From: Candidatus Coprenecus avistercoris
GTDB taxonomy: Bacteria > Bacteroidota > Bacteroidia > Bacteroidales > UBA932
NCBI GenBank assembly: GCA_018712275.1
Contig: DVHI01000096.1
Location: 107-64,106 of the forward strand
Direction: 5' to 3'
Length of the DNA: 64,000 nucleotides
In this document: positions 1 to 7,542 of the stretch, in pieces
How positions within the stretch are numbered: position 1 is the first letter of the stretch
Layout: each line of letters starts with the position of its first letter
Notes under the pieces: model-generated
The model's database searches: none
Seen by the model: only the letters and a program-made list of their open reading frames with translations
Told to the model about the DNA's origin: nothing
Position numbers and translations under genes: made by a program

Positions 1-278
1 GACATGAAGAAATCCGGGAAAATAATCAGTACCAGACCGAACGCGATGTCCACTATCGAATTGAGCAGCAGAAGCGGAACTTTCTCCTTCTTCCACTTGC
101 CGGTATAAGACATTATGAGGCTGACCAGCCCGACTGCCAGAATCAGCGCACCGAGGATAATCATGATGGAATTTTTCACCGCTTCCGGCCAGATGACCAG
201 AATCAGACCGCCCGCCAGCGCGATAATCGCCCTGGCGTATCCGTAGGACCTGTCAAAAAAAACGTTCGCTGTTTTCAT
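1..278 (-). CDS. DUF308/HdeD-like multi-pass membrane protein, N-terminal part (gene runs off the window start)
   Basis: My own translation of the minus strand from the ATG at 278-276 gives MKTANVFFDRSYGYARAIIALAGGLILVIWPEAVKNSIMIILGALILAVGLVSLIMSYTGKWKKEKVPLLLLNSIVDIAFGLVLIIFPDFFM. It contains repeated hydrophobic G-x-x-L-I-x-x-P helices typical of HdeD/DUF308. There is no stop codon before position 1. Confidence 0.55.
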   Translation of the reverse strand, partial: MKTANVFFDRSYGYARAIIALAGGLILVIWPEAVKNSIMIILGALILAVGLVSLIMSYTGKWKKEKVPLLLLNSIVDIAFGLVLIIFPDFFM

Positions 279-299
279 TCTGCAAAGATACAAAAGGAT

Positions 300-330
300 T
301 TTGAAAACTAATCAAAACAAGTTACCTTTG
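300..330 (+). promoter_or_regulatory. Bacteroidota-type promoter (TTTG-N19-TAccTTTG) for the 363-4038 operon
   Basis: TTTG lies at 300-303 and TACCTTTG at 323-330, with a 19-nt spacer. The motif sits about 33 nt upstream of the ATG at 363. It matches the Bacteroides -33/-7 consensus TTTG/TAnnTTTG. Confidence 0.45.
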
Positions 331-362
331 TTACTGACAATAAACATACCAATCTACCCGCT

Positions 363-848
363 ATGAAGAAATATCTTATCCTTTTACTGATTCCGCTGTT
401 ACTTCACTCATGCGGAACCGCATCCAAAATCAGCAAAGCCGACCAGCCCTGGTCCTATGAGACTGAAAGCATGGGAGTAGGAGCCGACGGCAAATATGTA
501 ATCCGCGTATGGAGCTACTGGCGCAACGCCAGCATGCCTGTCGAGGAGGCCAAGAAAAACGCAGTCCATGCCGTCATCTTCCGCGGTGTCCCCGCCGGGA
601 ACGGAGCCACGGCTCAGCCTGCTCTCAAGACCGGAGACCTGACACCGGCCGAAAGCGCGTTTTTCGACACTTTCTTCCAGTCTGAATACCAGAGATACAT
701 CAGCTCCGTGGCCTCCGGCAGCATCCAGGTCATCAAGACTGGGCGCAATGAATATAAAATAGGCTACGTGATATCCGTTTCCAAGGACAATCTCCGCAAA
801 TACCTGGAAGACCAGGGGATAGTAAAAGGGCTTTCATCCGGATTCTAA
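363..848 (+). CDS. lipoprotein of unknown function (161 aa)
   Basis: The N-terminus MKKYLILLLIPLLLHSCGT is a signal peptide plus lipobox Cys. It is the first gene of a tightly spaced operon. I recognise no family. Confidence 0.75.
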   Translation: MKKYLILLLIPLLLHSCGTASKISKADQPWSYETESMGVGADGKYVIRVWSYWRNASMPVEEAKKNAVHAVIFRGVPAGNGATAQPALKTGDLTPAESAFFDTFFQSEYQRYISSVASGSIQVIKTGRNEYKIGYVISVSKDNLRKYLEDQGIVKGLSSGF

Positions 849-864
849 TAATCGCCGCTCAAAT

Positions 865-1830
865 ATGAAAAGGACAGTTATCACATCTATCGTCGCCGCC
901 ATGCTCCCCGCATTGTGCGCGACGGCACAGAATATGACACCGTTCCAGTCCGGCAAGGCCTGGGGCTACAAGGACGCCGGAGGCAAAGTCATCGTGGATG
1001 CAGTCTACGCTGCAGCCAGCCTGGCCGCCGACGGATACGGACTGGTGGCCGTAAAGGATGGCAAAACCCTGAAATGGGGAGTCGTGGGTCAGGACGGACG
1101 CACTGTAATAGAGCCGGTATATGACTACATCGACCTCTGCAGCGAGGACATGGTGGCTGTATACAAAGGTCCGGTACACAACGGAGAAGAAGGCATCTAC
1201 ATGTCCGGAGGACTGTGGGGCTACATCGATCTGGCCAGCCCCGCCGAGGAATTCAAGGTCATCTTCGACATCGTGGGGCCCTTCACGGACAGCGTGGCCT
1301 GGGTAAACTGCGTCAGGACAGAGTCCCGACGTCAGAGAAGGACTATGCCCATCGTGGACAAAAAAGGCAAGCCTGTCGGAGAGGAGATCATCTTCGGAGT
1401 CTCGGCCTCATTCACCATGAACGACCTCTATCTGCCCGGAAGCGACGGCTCGGTCACTGTCCCGGACGGTGCCTGGGTTCTCATGAACCGCAAGGGCAAT
1501 GCCCTGACCTCCACTGACAGTCCCTACCAGGCCGTCGGAGAGTTCAAGGACGGGCTGGCCTGGGTAAAGCGCAACGGACGCTTCGGTTTCGTAAACATTC
1601 ACGGAGAAGAGGTTATTCCTGTGATATACAGCATGGTCCAGGACGCACCCGGCTCACGTCCCGGCTCGCTCCTGCTGCATCCTGAGAGCGGAGCTGTCAG
1701 ATGGGTGGTCAATGACAGCGGCCAGAGGGCATGGCTCAATGAGAAAGGGGAGACGGTCATCGGATTCACGGATTTCGAGGGCAAGGTCTCCGTCTTCGAC
1801 ACAGTCGATGAAAACATGTGGGACTACTAA
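865..1830 (+). CDS. secreted WG-repeat (KWG-like) protein
   Basis: It has a signal peptide (MKRTVITSIVAAMLPALCATAQ). WG-type repeats recur: KAWGYKDAGGKVIVDAVY, KWGVVGQDGRTVIEPVYDYI, LWGYIDL, LAWVKRNGRFGFVNIHGEEVIPVIY. Confidence 0.8.
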   Translation: MKRTVITSIVAAMLPALCATAQNMTPFQSGKAWGYKDAGGKVIVDAVYAAASLAADGYGLVAVKDGKTLKWGVVGQDGRTVIEPVYDYIDLCSEDMVAVYKGPVHNGEEGIYMSGGLWGYIDLASPAEEFKVIFDIVGPFTDSVAWVNCVRTESRRQRRTMPIVDKKGKPVGEEIIFGVSASFTMNDLYLPGSDGSVTVPDGAWVLMNRKGNALTSTDSPYQAVGEFKDGLAWVKRNGRFGFVNIHGEEVIPVIYSMVQDAPGSRPGSLLLHPESGAVRWVVNDSGQRAWLNEKGETVIGFTDFEGKVSVFDTVDENMWDY

Positions 1831-1842
1831 ATCCGAAACACC

Positions 1843-3114
1843 ATGAGAAAGATTCTAACACTCACACTCATATCAGCACTGGTATTTCTGAGCTGCGGCA
1901 CTGCCGCCTACGCCCAGAATCCGGACTCAGCCATGCAGTACCGGAGAAGTTCCCTCTATTCGTTCATGATCAGCCATCCCGACCTGAAGATGGACGACGA
2001 GATAGTGGGCGCCTTCATGGCCATAGAGACTCCCGACAAATACAACAACCACGACCTGAGCGTCAAATGCGTGACCGCCGCCAGCAAGGGCGACGACCTG
2101 ACCCGCCAGATAGAGAACTGGTTCGAACGGAATGACGTAGCCAAGAGACTTGTATCCAAATGGTTCCTCCGCAGCAAGGAAACCGGCGGTTTCGATCCCT
2201 CACTGGTGATGGAGCGCGGCCTGTACGGAGCCACCGCTATGGACGTGGAGACCGCCGCCCAGAGCAAGAGGGGCATCGACGCCCTGGCGGACAAGGGTTA
2301 TGAGATGATCAGCAACACCTTCGTGATAGTCAACGACATCACCTACGTGGACCATGAGAAGAACGCCGACGTGGCCACCGGCATCCTGTCCATCATAGGA
2401 GGCATAGCCGCAGCCGCCACCGGAGACGAGAACAACCTGGTAACCGGTCTTTCGACTCTGGGGGCCATGGTATCCAGCATGATAGCCGGCTTCACGGTCA
2501 AGACCACGTCTTACCTCTACCAGCTCGACTGGAACGACGACGTAGCGAATACATTCTACGACCTGTACTACTATGACAAGCCCGGCACGGACTCCCTGTC
2601 CATGGCTCTCTTCGCAGCCGACACCGTCCTCGCCGCCCGCAAGGCCGCATACGAGGCGGACAAGTCCACCTTCAGGCTCAAGTATGTGGGCAAATACGTA
2701 GCCCGCAGCGCCAAACCCGTCCTCCGCGGACTCTACAACCCCGAGGACGTCTTCCGCAAAGTCTGCGCCCGCGCCATCGACAACAACGTGATGGAGCTAC
2801 AGAAGGAGTTCGACCAGTTCAAGGTCAAGGTGCCTCTCTTCAGCACCGAACCGCTGATGGCCCGCATCGGCATGAAGGAGGGCATCACCGCCAAATCCAA
2901 GTTCGAGGTGCTGGTACCCGTCTACGATGACGCCACCGGCAAGGTCCGCTACAACCGCAGGGGTGTCATCCGCCCCGTAGCCGGCAAGATATGGGACAAC
3001 CGGTACATGGCCTCGGAGGAGCAGGCCGTCGGCTCGGAACTGACGGCTACGACTTTCGAGGTGGTGAGCGGTATGAACTTCACTCCGGGAATGCTCATCA
3101 GAGAGATAAAGTAA
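1843..3114 (+). CDS. lipoprotein of unknown function (423 aa) with an internal Gly/Ala-rich hydrophobic segment
   Basis: It carries a lipobox (LISALVFLSCGT). The gap to the upstream gene is 12 nt and to the downstream gene 3 nt. I recognise no family. Confidence 0.75.
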   Translation: MRKILTLTLISALVFLSCGTAAYAQNPDSAMQYRRSSLYSFMISHPDLKMDDEIVGAFMAIETPDKYNNHDLSVKCVTAASKGDDLTRQIENWFERNDVAKRLVSKWFLRSKETGGFDPSLVMERGLYGATAMDVETAAQSKRGIDALADKGYEMISNTFVIVNDITYVDHEKNADVATGILSIIGGIAAAATGDENNLVTGLSTLGAMVSSMIAGFTVKTTSYLYQLDWNDDVANTFYDLYYYDKPGTDSLSMALFAADTVLAARKAAYEADKSTFRLKYVGKYVARSAKPVLRGLYNPEDVFRKVCARAIDNNVMELQKEFDQFKVKVPLFSTEPLMARIGMKEGITAKSKFEVLVPVYDDATGKVRYNRRGVIRPVAGKIWDNRYMASEEQAVGSELTATTFEVVSGMNFTPGMLIREIK

Positions 3115-3117
3115 AAT

Positions 3118-4038
3118 ATGACTGAAAAGAAAAATGTCGCCCTGGTACTTGCCAGCGGCGGTTCCAGAGGCCTCGCACACATAGGGGCAATCGAAGTGCT
3201 GGAAGAACACGGTTTCAGGATAACATCCGTTGCGGGGGCCTCCATGGGGGCCCTCGTCGGCGGTATATACGCGGCCGGAGGCCTGGACGCATTCAAGGAA
3301 TGGATGAAGACGGTGGACAGGATGAAGGTCTTCAACCTGATGGACTTCACCATCGGCAACGGAGGGTTCGTCAAGGGGGAGAAGGTCATCGGTGAGCTCA
3401 AGAGCATCATTCCGGACAAGCTGATAGAGAACCTGCCTATACCTTTCACGGCTGTCGCCACCGACATCCGTCACCGGAAAGAGGTGGTATTTGACCGCGG
3501 AAGCCTTTACGATGCCATACGGTCCTCTATTTCCCTGCCTTCTATCTTCACACCCAACCGCATAGGCGACATGCTGCTGATAGACGGCGGCGTAGTCAAC
3601 CCGGTACCGGTCAACAGGGTCGTCAGGACCCCAGGAGACATCCTCACCGCAGTTGACCTCAACGGGCCCTACATAGAAAAACCGGAAGAGAAACAGGAGC
3701 ACGTGAAAGGACGTATCCGCCAGAGACTGGACAAGATAGTCGACACCATAGCCGACAAGGTCAAGAAGGATGAGGTGGAAGCCCATCTGCTGTCAGGTTC
3801 GGAGAACCTTGAGAAAGAAAAAGAGGATGACAACGATATGGGTATCGTCACCATCCTCAATGAATCGTCCAGCGTGATGATCCAGACCAACGCGGATCTG
3901 ACCCTCAAGCTCTATCCTCCGGACATCCTCGTGCGCATTGCCAAGAATGCTTACTCCACCATGGAGTTCTACAAGTACGACGAGATCGTCGCCCTCGGCC
4001 GCACAAAGATGGAGGAGGCCCTGCGGAATTTCCGCTAA
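3118..4038 (+). CDS. patatin-like phospholipase (RssA-like)
   Basis: It has the GGSRG oxyanion motif (ASGGSRGLAHIG), the GASMG nucleophile elbow and the DGG Asp motif (LLIDGGVVNPVP). There is no signal peptide. Confidence 0.9.
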   Translation: MTEKKNVALVLASGGSRGLAHIGAIEVLEEHGFRITSVAGASMGALVGGIYAAGGLDAFKEWMKTVDRMKVFNLMDFTIGNGGFVKGEKVIGELKSIIPDKLIENLPIPFTAVATDIRHRKEVVFDRGSLYDAIRSSISLPSIFTPNRIGDMLLIDGGVVNPVPVNRVVRTPGDILTAVDLNGPYIEKPEEKQEHVKGRIRQRLDKIVDTIADKVKKDEVEAHLLSGSENLEKEKEDDNDMGIVTILNESSSVMIQTNADLTLKLYPPDILVRIAKNAYSTMEFYKYDEIVALGRTKMEEALRNFR

Positions 4039-4784
4039 AGCATTCCGCCGTCGCAGATAATCACCTGACCCGTCACGTATGAAGAAAGGTCGGAAGCGAG
4101 GAACAGAGCCACATTGGCTATATCCTCGGGTGTACCGCCGCGACGGAGGGGTATCTTCTTGTTCCACTCGTCACGCACCTCCTGGGACAGGGCATTGGTC
4201 ATGTCGGTGATGATGAAGCCGGGAGCTATGGCGTTGGCGCGGATACCGCGGGAACCCATTTCCTTGGCTATGGACTTTGCCAGACCGATAAGACCGGCCT
4301 TCGATGCCGAGTAGTTGCACTGACCGGCATTGCCGTTAACACCCACTACCGAAGAGATGTTGATGATGCTGCCGCCTCTCTGACGGGCCATGATGGGAGT
4401 CAGGGCATGGGTGAAGTTGAAAGCACTCTTGAGGTTGACAGTGATAACGCTGTCCCACTGCTGCTCGGACATCCTCATCATCAGGCCGTCACGTGTGATG
4501 CCTGCGTTGTTGACCAGAACGTCGATATGGCCGAAATCCTTCTGAATCTGCTCCACGGTCGCGTGGGCCTCGGCGAAGTCAGCCGCATTGGAGGCATAGC
4601 CGCGGCACTGCACTCCGAGAGCGGAGATCTCGGCTACGGTATTCCTGAAGTTGTCGTCCTCCTTGAGGTCGGTGAAAGCGATGTCGGCTCCTGCCGAAGC
4701 AAGTTTCATGGCAATGGCCTTGCCGATACCGCGGGCGGCACCGGTAATCAGGGCCACCTTTCCTTTTAATAATCCTTCTAACAT
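4035..4784 (-). CDS. fabG: 3-oxoacyl-[ACP] reductase
   Basis: It is an SDR with TGAARGIGKAIA, NNAGI and YSASKAG motifs. Its length (249 aa) is typical of FabG. Confidence 0.9.
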   Translation of the reverse strand: MLEGLLKGKVALITGAARGIGKAIAMKLASAGADIAFTDLKEDDNFRNTVAEISALGVQCRGYASNAADFAEAHATVEQIQKDFGHIDVLVNNAGITRDGLMMRMSEQQWDSVITVNLKSAFNFTHALTPIMARQRGGSIINISSVVGVNGNAGQCNYSASKAGLIGLAKSIAKEMGSRGIRANAIAPGFIITDMTNALSQEVRDEWNKKIPLRRGGTPEDIANVALFLASDLSSYVTGQVIICDGGML

Positions 4785-4788
4785 AGTC

Positions 4789-5220
4789 TTATTTTACTTT
4801 ATCGTTAGGAATAACTGCAAATGACAGACTGGCCTCCACGCAGAGCTCGCCCTCCACGAAAGCCTTGGCGTCGATATAGAAGAGCATGGCCCTGTGGTTG
4901 GTGACATGCGCATGCACCTCCACTGTATCGCCGGGACGGACCTGACGTTTGAAACGGGTCTTGTCTATACCGGTGAAAAGTGTGGTGTGGCCTACAAGGT
5001 AGTCCTTGATGAGCAGTGAGCTGCACTGCCCCATAATCTCACAGAGGATGACTCCGGGGACTACCGGATAACCGGGAAAGTGTCCCTGGAGGAAGAACTC
5101 GTCCCCTCTGACATGGTACTTTCCGATACATTCGGTACCGTCGCCCTGAAGCTCCATCTCGTCCACGAGCAGCATGGGCTCGCGGTGACGGAGGAATTTC
5201 TTTATTTCTTCTCTATCCAT
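4789..5220 (-). CDS. fabZ: stand-alone 3-hydroxyacyl-[ACP] dehydratase (FabZ type)
   Basis: It has the hot-dog fold motifs LRHREPMLLVDEM and GHFPGYPVVPGVILCE. I place the start at the internal ATG at 5220 (MDREEIKK), because the 5274 start would run into fabF. Confidence 0.85.
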   Translation of the reverse strand: MDREEIKKFLRHREPMLLVDEMELQGDGTECIGKYHVRGDEFFLQGHFPGYPVVPGVILCEIMGQCSSLLIKDYLVGHTTLFTGIDKTRFKRQVRPGDTVEVHAHVTNHRAMLFYIDAKAFVEGELCVEASLSFAVIPNDKVK

Positions 5221-5245
5221 AATATTTAGTTTAGTTAGTACATGA

Positions 5246-6511
5246 TCAGACGAGTCTGAACGCCAGCACGGCATTGTGTCCGCCGAAGCCCAGGGATGAG
5301 GACAGGGCCATGGTCAACTTAGCCTCACGGGCATGGTTGGGATTGACGTCGAGGTCGCACTCGGGATCGGGCACCTCGTAGTGGATGGTGGGAGGCACGA
5401 TACCGTTGTCCAGAGCGAGCACTGCCGCCACCGCCTCGATACCGCCGGCAGCTCCGAGAGCATGTCCGGTCATGGACTTGGTGGAGCAGAGGATGGCCCT
5501 GCGGGCCTCAGCCTCTCCGAGAGCGAGCTTGATGGCCGCTGTCTCGGACTTGTCGTTCAGGGGCGTGCCTGTTCCGTGGGTATTGATGTGCAGCAGGTCC
5601 GATGTCGAGTAATGGGCCTCGGTAAGAGCCTGCCTGAATGCCTTTGCAGGGGTAGAGCCGTCCGGGCAGGGAGCTGTATAATGGTAAGCGTCACAGGTGT
5701 TGCCGTAACCGCAGATCTCCGCATAGATCCTGGCTCCGCGGGCCATAGCGTGCTCATACTCCTCGAGAACCACGACTCCGGCACCCTCTGCTATCACGAA
5801 ACCCTGACGGCGGGCGTCGAAAGGCAGGGAGGCAGCCATGGGATCCTCAGCGGGAGAGAGAGCCTTGCTGTTGGAGAAACCTCCGATAGCAAGAGGGTTG
5901 ACAGCAGCCTCGGCACCGCCGGCGATGATGGCGTCGGCATAGCCGAACTTAATGGCCCTGTAGGCCTCGCCGATGGAGTGTGTACCGGTAGCGCAGGCAG
6001 TCACGATAGGCAGGCAGACACCCTTGGCATGATGGGCGATGGCCACATTACCGGCCGCAATATTGGATATCATCGTGGGGATGAACAGGGGGGATATCCA
6101 CTGAGGACCGTCCTTAATCATCTTGGCTGTCTCGTTCACGAAAGAGTGCATACCGCCGATACCTGAGCCGATATATACTCCGAAACGGTCGGAGTGCACG
6201 GTGCCGGGAGTATTGTCCTCCTCGTCATCCGTCGCCTTGAGTCCGCTCATGGCCACGGCCTGATTGGCAGCGGCAAGGGCGAAAAGGCAGAAACGGTCGA
6301 ACTTCCTTGCAGCCTTGGGCTCAATGCCGTAATCAGCAGGCTTGAAGTCCTTTACCTCTCCTGCAATCTTCACTGAAAGGTCATCGGTGGGAAACTGCTT
6401 GATAAAGTCGATGCCGCAGACTCCGTCCACGAGGTTCTTCCAGAAAGTCTCTACATTGTTTCCGACAGGGGAGACAACTCCAAGACCTGTCACTACTACT
6501 CTTTTTTCCAT
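5246..6511 (-). CDS. fabF: beta-ketoacyl-[ACP] synthase II
   Basis: It has the KAS II motifs ACATGTHSIG (Cys), HGTGTPLND and KSMTGHALGAAG. I place the start at the ATG at 6511 (MEKRVVVTGLG), because the longer ORF overlaps fabH. Confidence 0.9.
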   Translation of the reverse strand: MEKRVVVTGLGVVSPVGNNVETFWKNLVDGVCGIDFIKQFPTDDLSVKIAGEVKDFKPADYGIEPKAARKFDRFCLFALAAANQAVAMSGLKATDDEEDNTPGTVHSDRFGVYIGSGIGGMHSFVNETAKMIKDGPQWISPLFIPTMISNIAAGNVAIAHHAKGVCLPIVTACATGTHSIGEAYRAIKFGYADAIIAGGAEAAVNPLAIGGFSNSKALSPAEDPMAASLPFDARRQGFVIAEGAGVVVLEEYEHAMARGARIYAEICGYGNTCDAYHYTAPCPDGSTPAKAFRQALTEAHYSTSDLLHINTHGTGTPLNDKSETAAIKLALGEAEARRAILCSTKSMTGHALGAAGGIEAVAAVLALDNGIVPPTIHYEVPDPECDLDVNPNHAREAKLTMALSSSLGFGGHNAVLAFRLV

Positions 6512-6522
6512 ATCGTTTAATT

Positions 6523-7482
6523 TTACATTGACCAGCGGAGAATACATGCACCGGTAGTGAATCCTGCTCCGAAAGCACTGAGCAGCAGCATTTCTCCTGT
6601 TTTTAATTGATTACCTCTGTTGAGGTCGTCCAGCAGTGCGGGAATCGAGGCCGACGACGTGTTGCCGTACCTGTCCAGGTTGAAGGGGAACTTGCTCTTG
6701 TCCTGGTTCACGAAGTGCCGGATGGACTCGATGATGCGGACATTGGCCTGATGCAGCACATACAGGTCTATCTCATCAGCAGTCATTCCGGCCATGGTCA
6801 GCACCTTGTCTATATCCTTGATGGATGAGGACACTGCGAGCTTGAAGACATCCTGGCCGTTCATCACCACGCCCTCGGTATCGACCTCCTCCTTGGTTAT
6901 GAAGGGAGTCGGCTGAAGCTTGCGCTTCTGATAGAGGGCCTCCACCTTGCAGTGGGTGGACACGCGGATGGCCTTCAGGTCATCACCCTTGGTCACTACG
7001 ACAGCGCCGGCGGCATCTCCGAAGAGGATGCAGGAGGAGCGGTCATGCCAGTTCATCATACGGGCGGGCTCCTCAGCGCAGACTATGAGGATATTCCTCA
7101 TGTCCTTCTTGGTCGCCAGATACGCCTCGGCGACATCGAGAGCGTAGATAAAGCCGGTGCAGGCACAGTTGATGTCCATCGTCGGACAGGTGGCGCCTAT
7201 CATACCCTGTATCACGCAGCCCAGTCCGGGGGTGACATACTCGTTCACCACATTGGAACAGATGATAAAATCCACGTCCTCGGATGTTATCCCGGCGTTC
7301 TCCATAGCGTTACGGGCGGCCGTCGCGGCCAGATCCTCCAGATTCTCGGAGGAGATGACACGCCTCTCATGGATACCTGTACGGGTCACGATCCACTCGT
7401 CGCTGGTATCCAGAAAATTCTCCAGCATCGAATTGGTCACGACCTTAGAGGGGCGTGCACTGCCAGTTCCTATTATTCTCAT
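6523..7482 (-). CDS. fabH: beta-ketoacyl-[ACP] synthase III
   Basis: The Cys-His-Asn triad contexts are present: NCACTGF, LHQANVRI, GNTSSASIP. It has the WIVTRTGI motif and is 319 aa long. Confidence 0.9.
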   Translation of the reverse strand: MRIIGTGSARPSKVVTNSMLENFLDTSDEWIVTRTGIHERRVISSENLEDLAATAARNAMENAGITSEDVDFIICSNVVNEYVTPGLGCVIQGMIGATCPTMDINCACTGFIYALDVAEAYLATKKDMRNILIVCAEEPARMMNWHDRSSCILFGDAAGAVVVTKGDDLKAIRVSTHCKVEALYQKRKLQPTPFITKEEVDTEGVVMNGQDVFKLAVSSSIKDIDKVLTMAGMTADEIDLYVLHQANVRIIESIRHFVNQDKSKFPFNLDRYGNTSSASIPALLDDLNRGNQLKTGEMLLLSAFGAGFTTGACILRWSM

Positions 7483-7511
7483 ACTTTTAGTTAACTTTTG
7501 TTAAAATCGCG

Positions 7512-7542
7512 CAAAAATATACATTTTGGCGAAAATATCAAA
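7512..7542 (-). promoter_or_regulatory. Bacteroidota-type promoter for fabH-fabF-fabZ-fabG
   Basis: The minus strand reads TTTG-N19-TATTTTTG, corresponding to caaa at 7539-7542 and caaaaata at 7512-7519. The -7 box lies about 29 nt upstream of the fabH ATG. Confidence 0.4.

Noticed and set aside
3118-4038. The patatin-like lipase as a CBASS (CapV-like) or other anti-phage effector.
   Set aside because: No CD-NTase or cyclase, no sensor or accessory defence genes, and no mobile-element context are present. The neighbours are exported proteins and fab genes.
4035-7482. The fab cluster as an aryl-polyene or flexirubin biosynthetic cluster.
   Set aside because: Those clusters carry dedicated ACPs, an ammonia-lyase or adenylation enzyme, LolA-like and DUF-type transport genes, glycosyl or acyl transferases, and usually more than 10 genes. 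None of these is present here.
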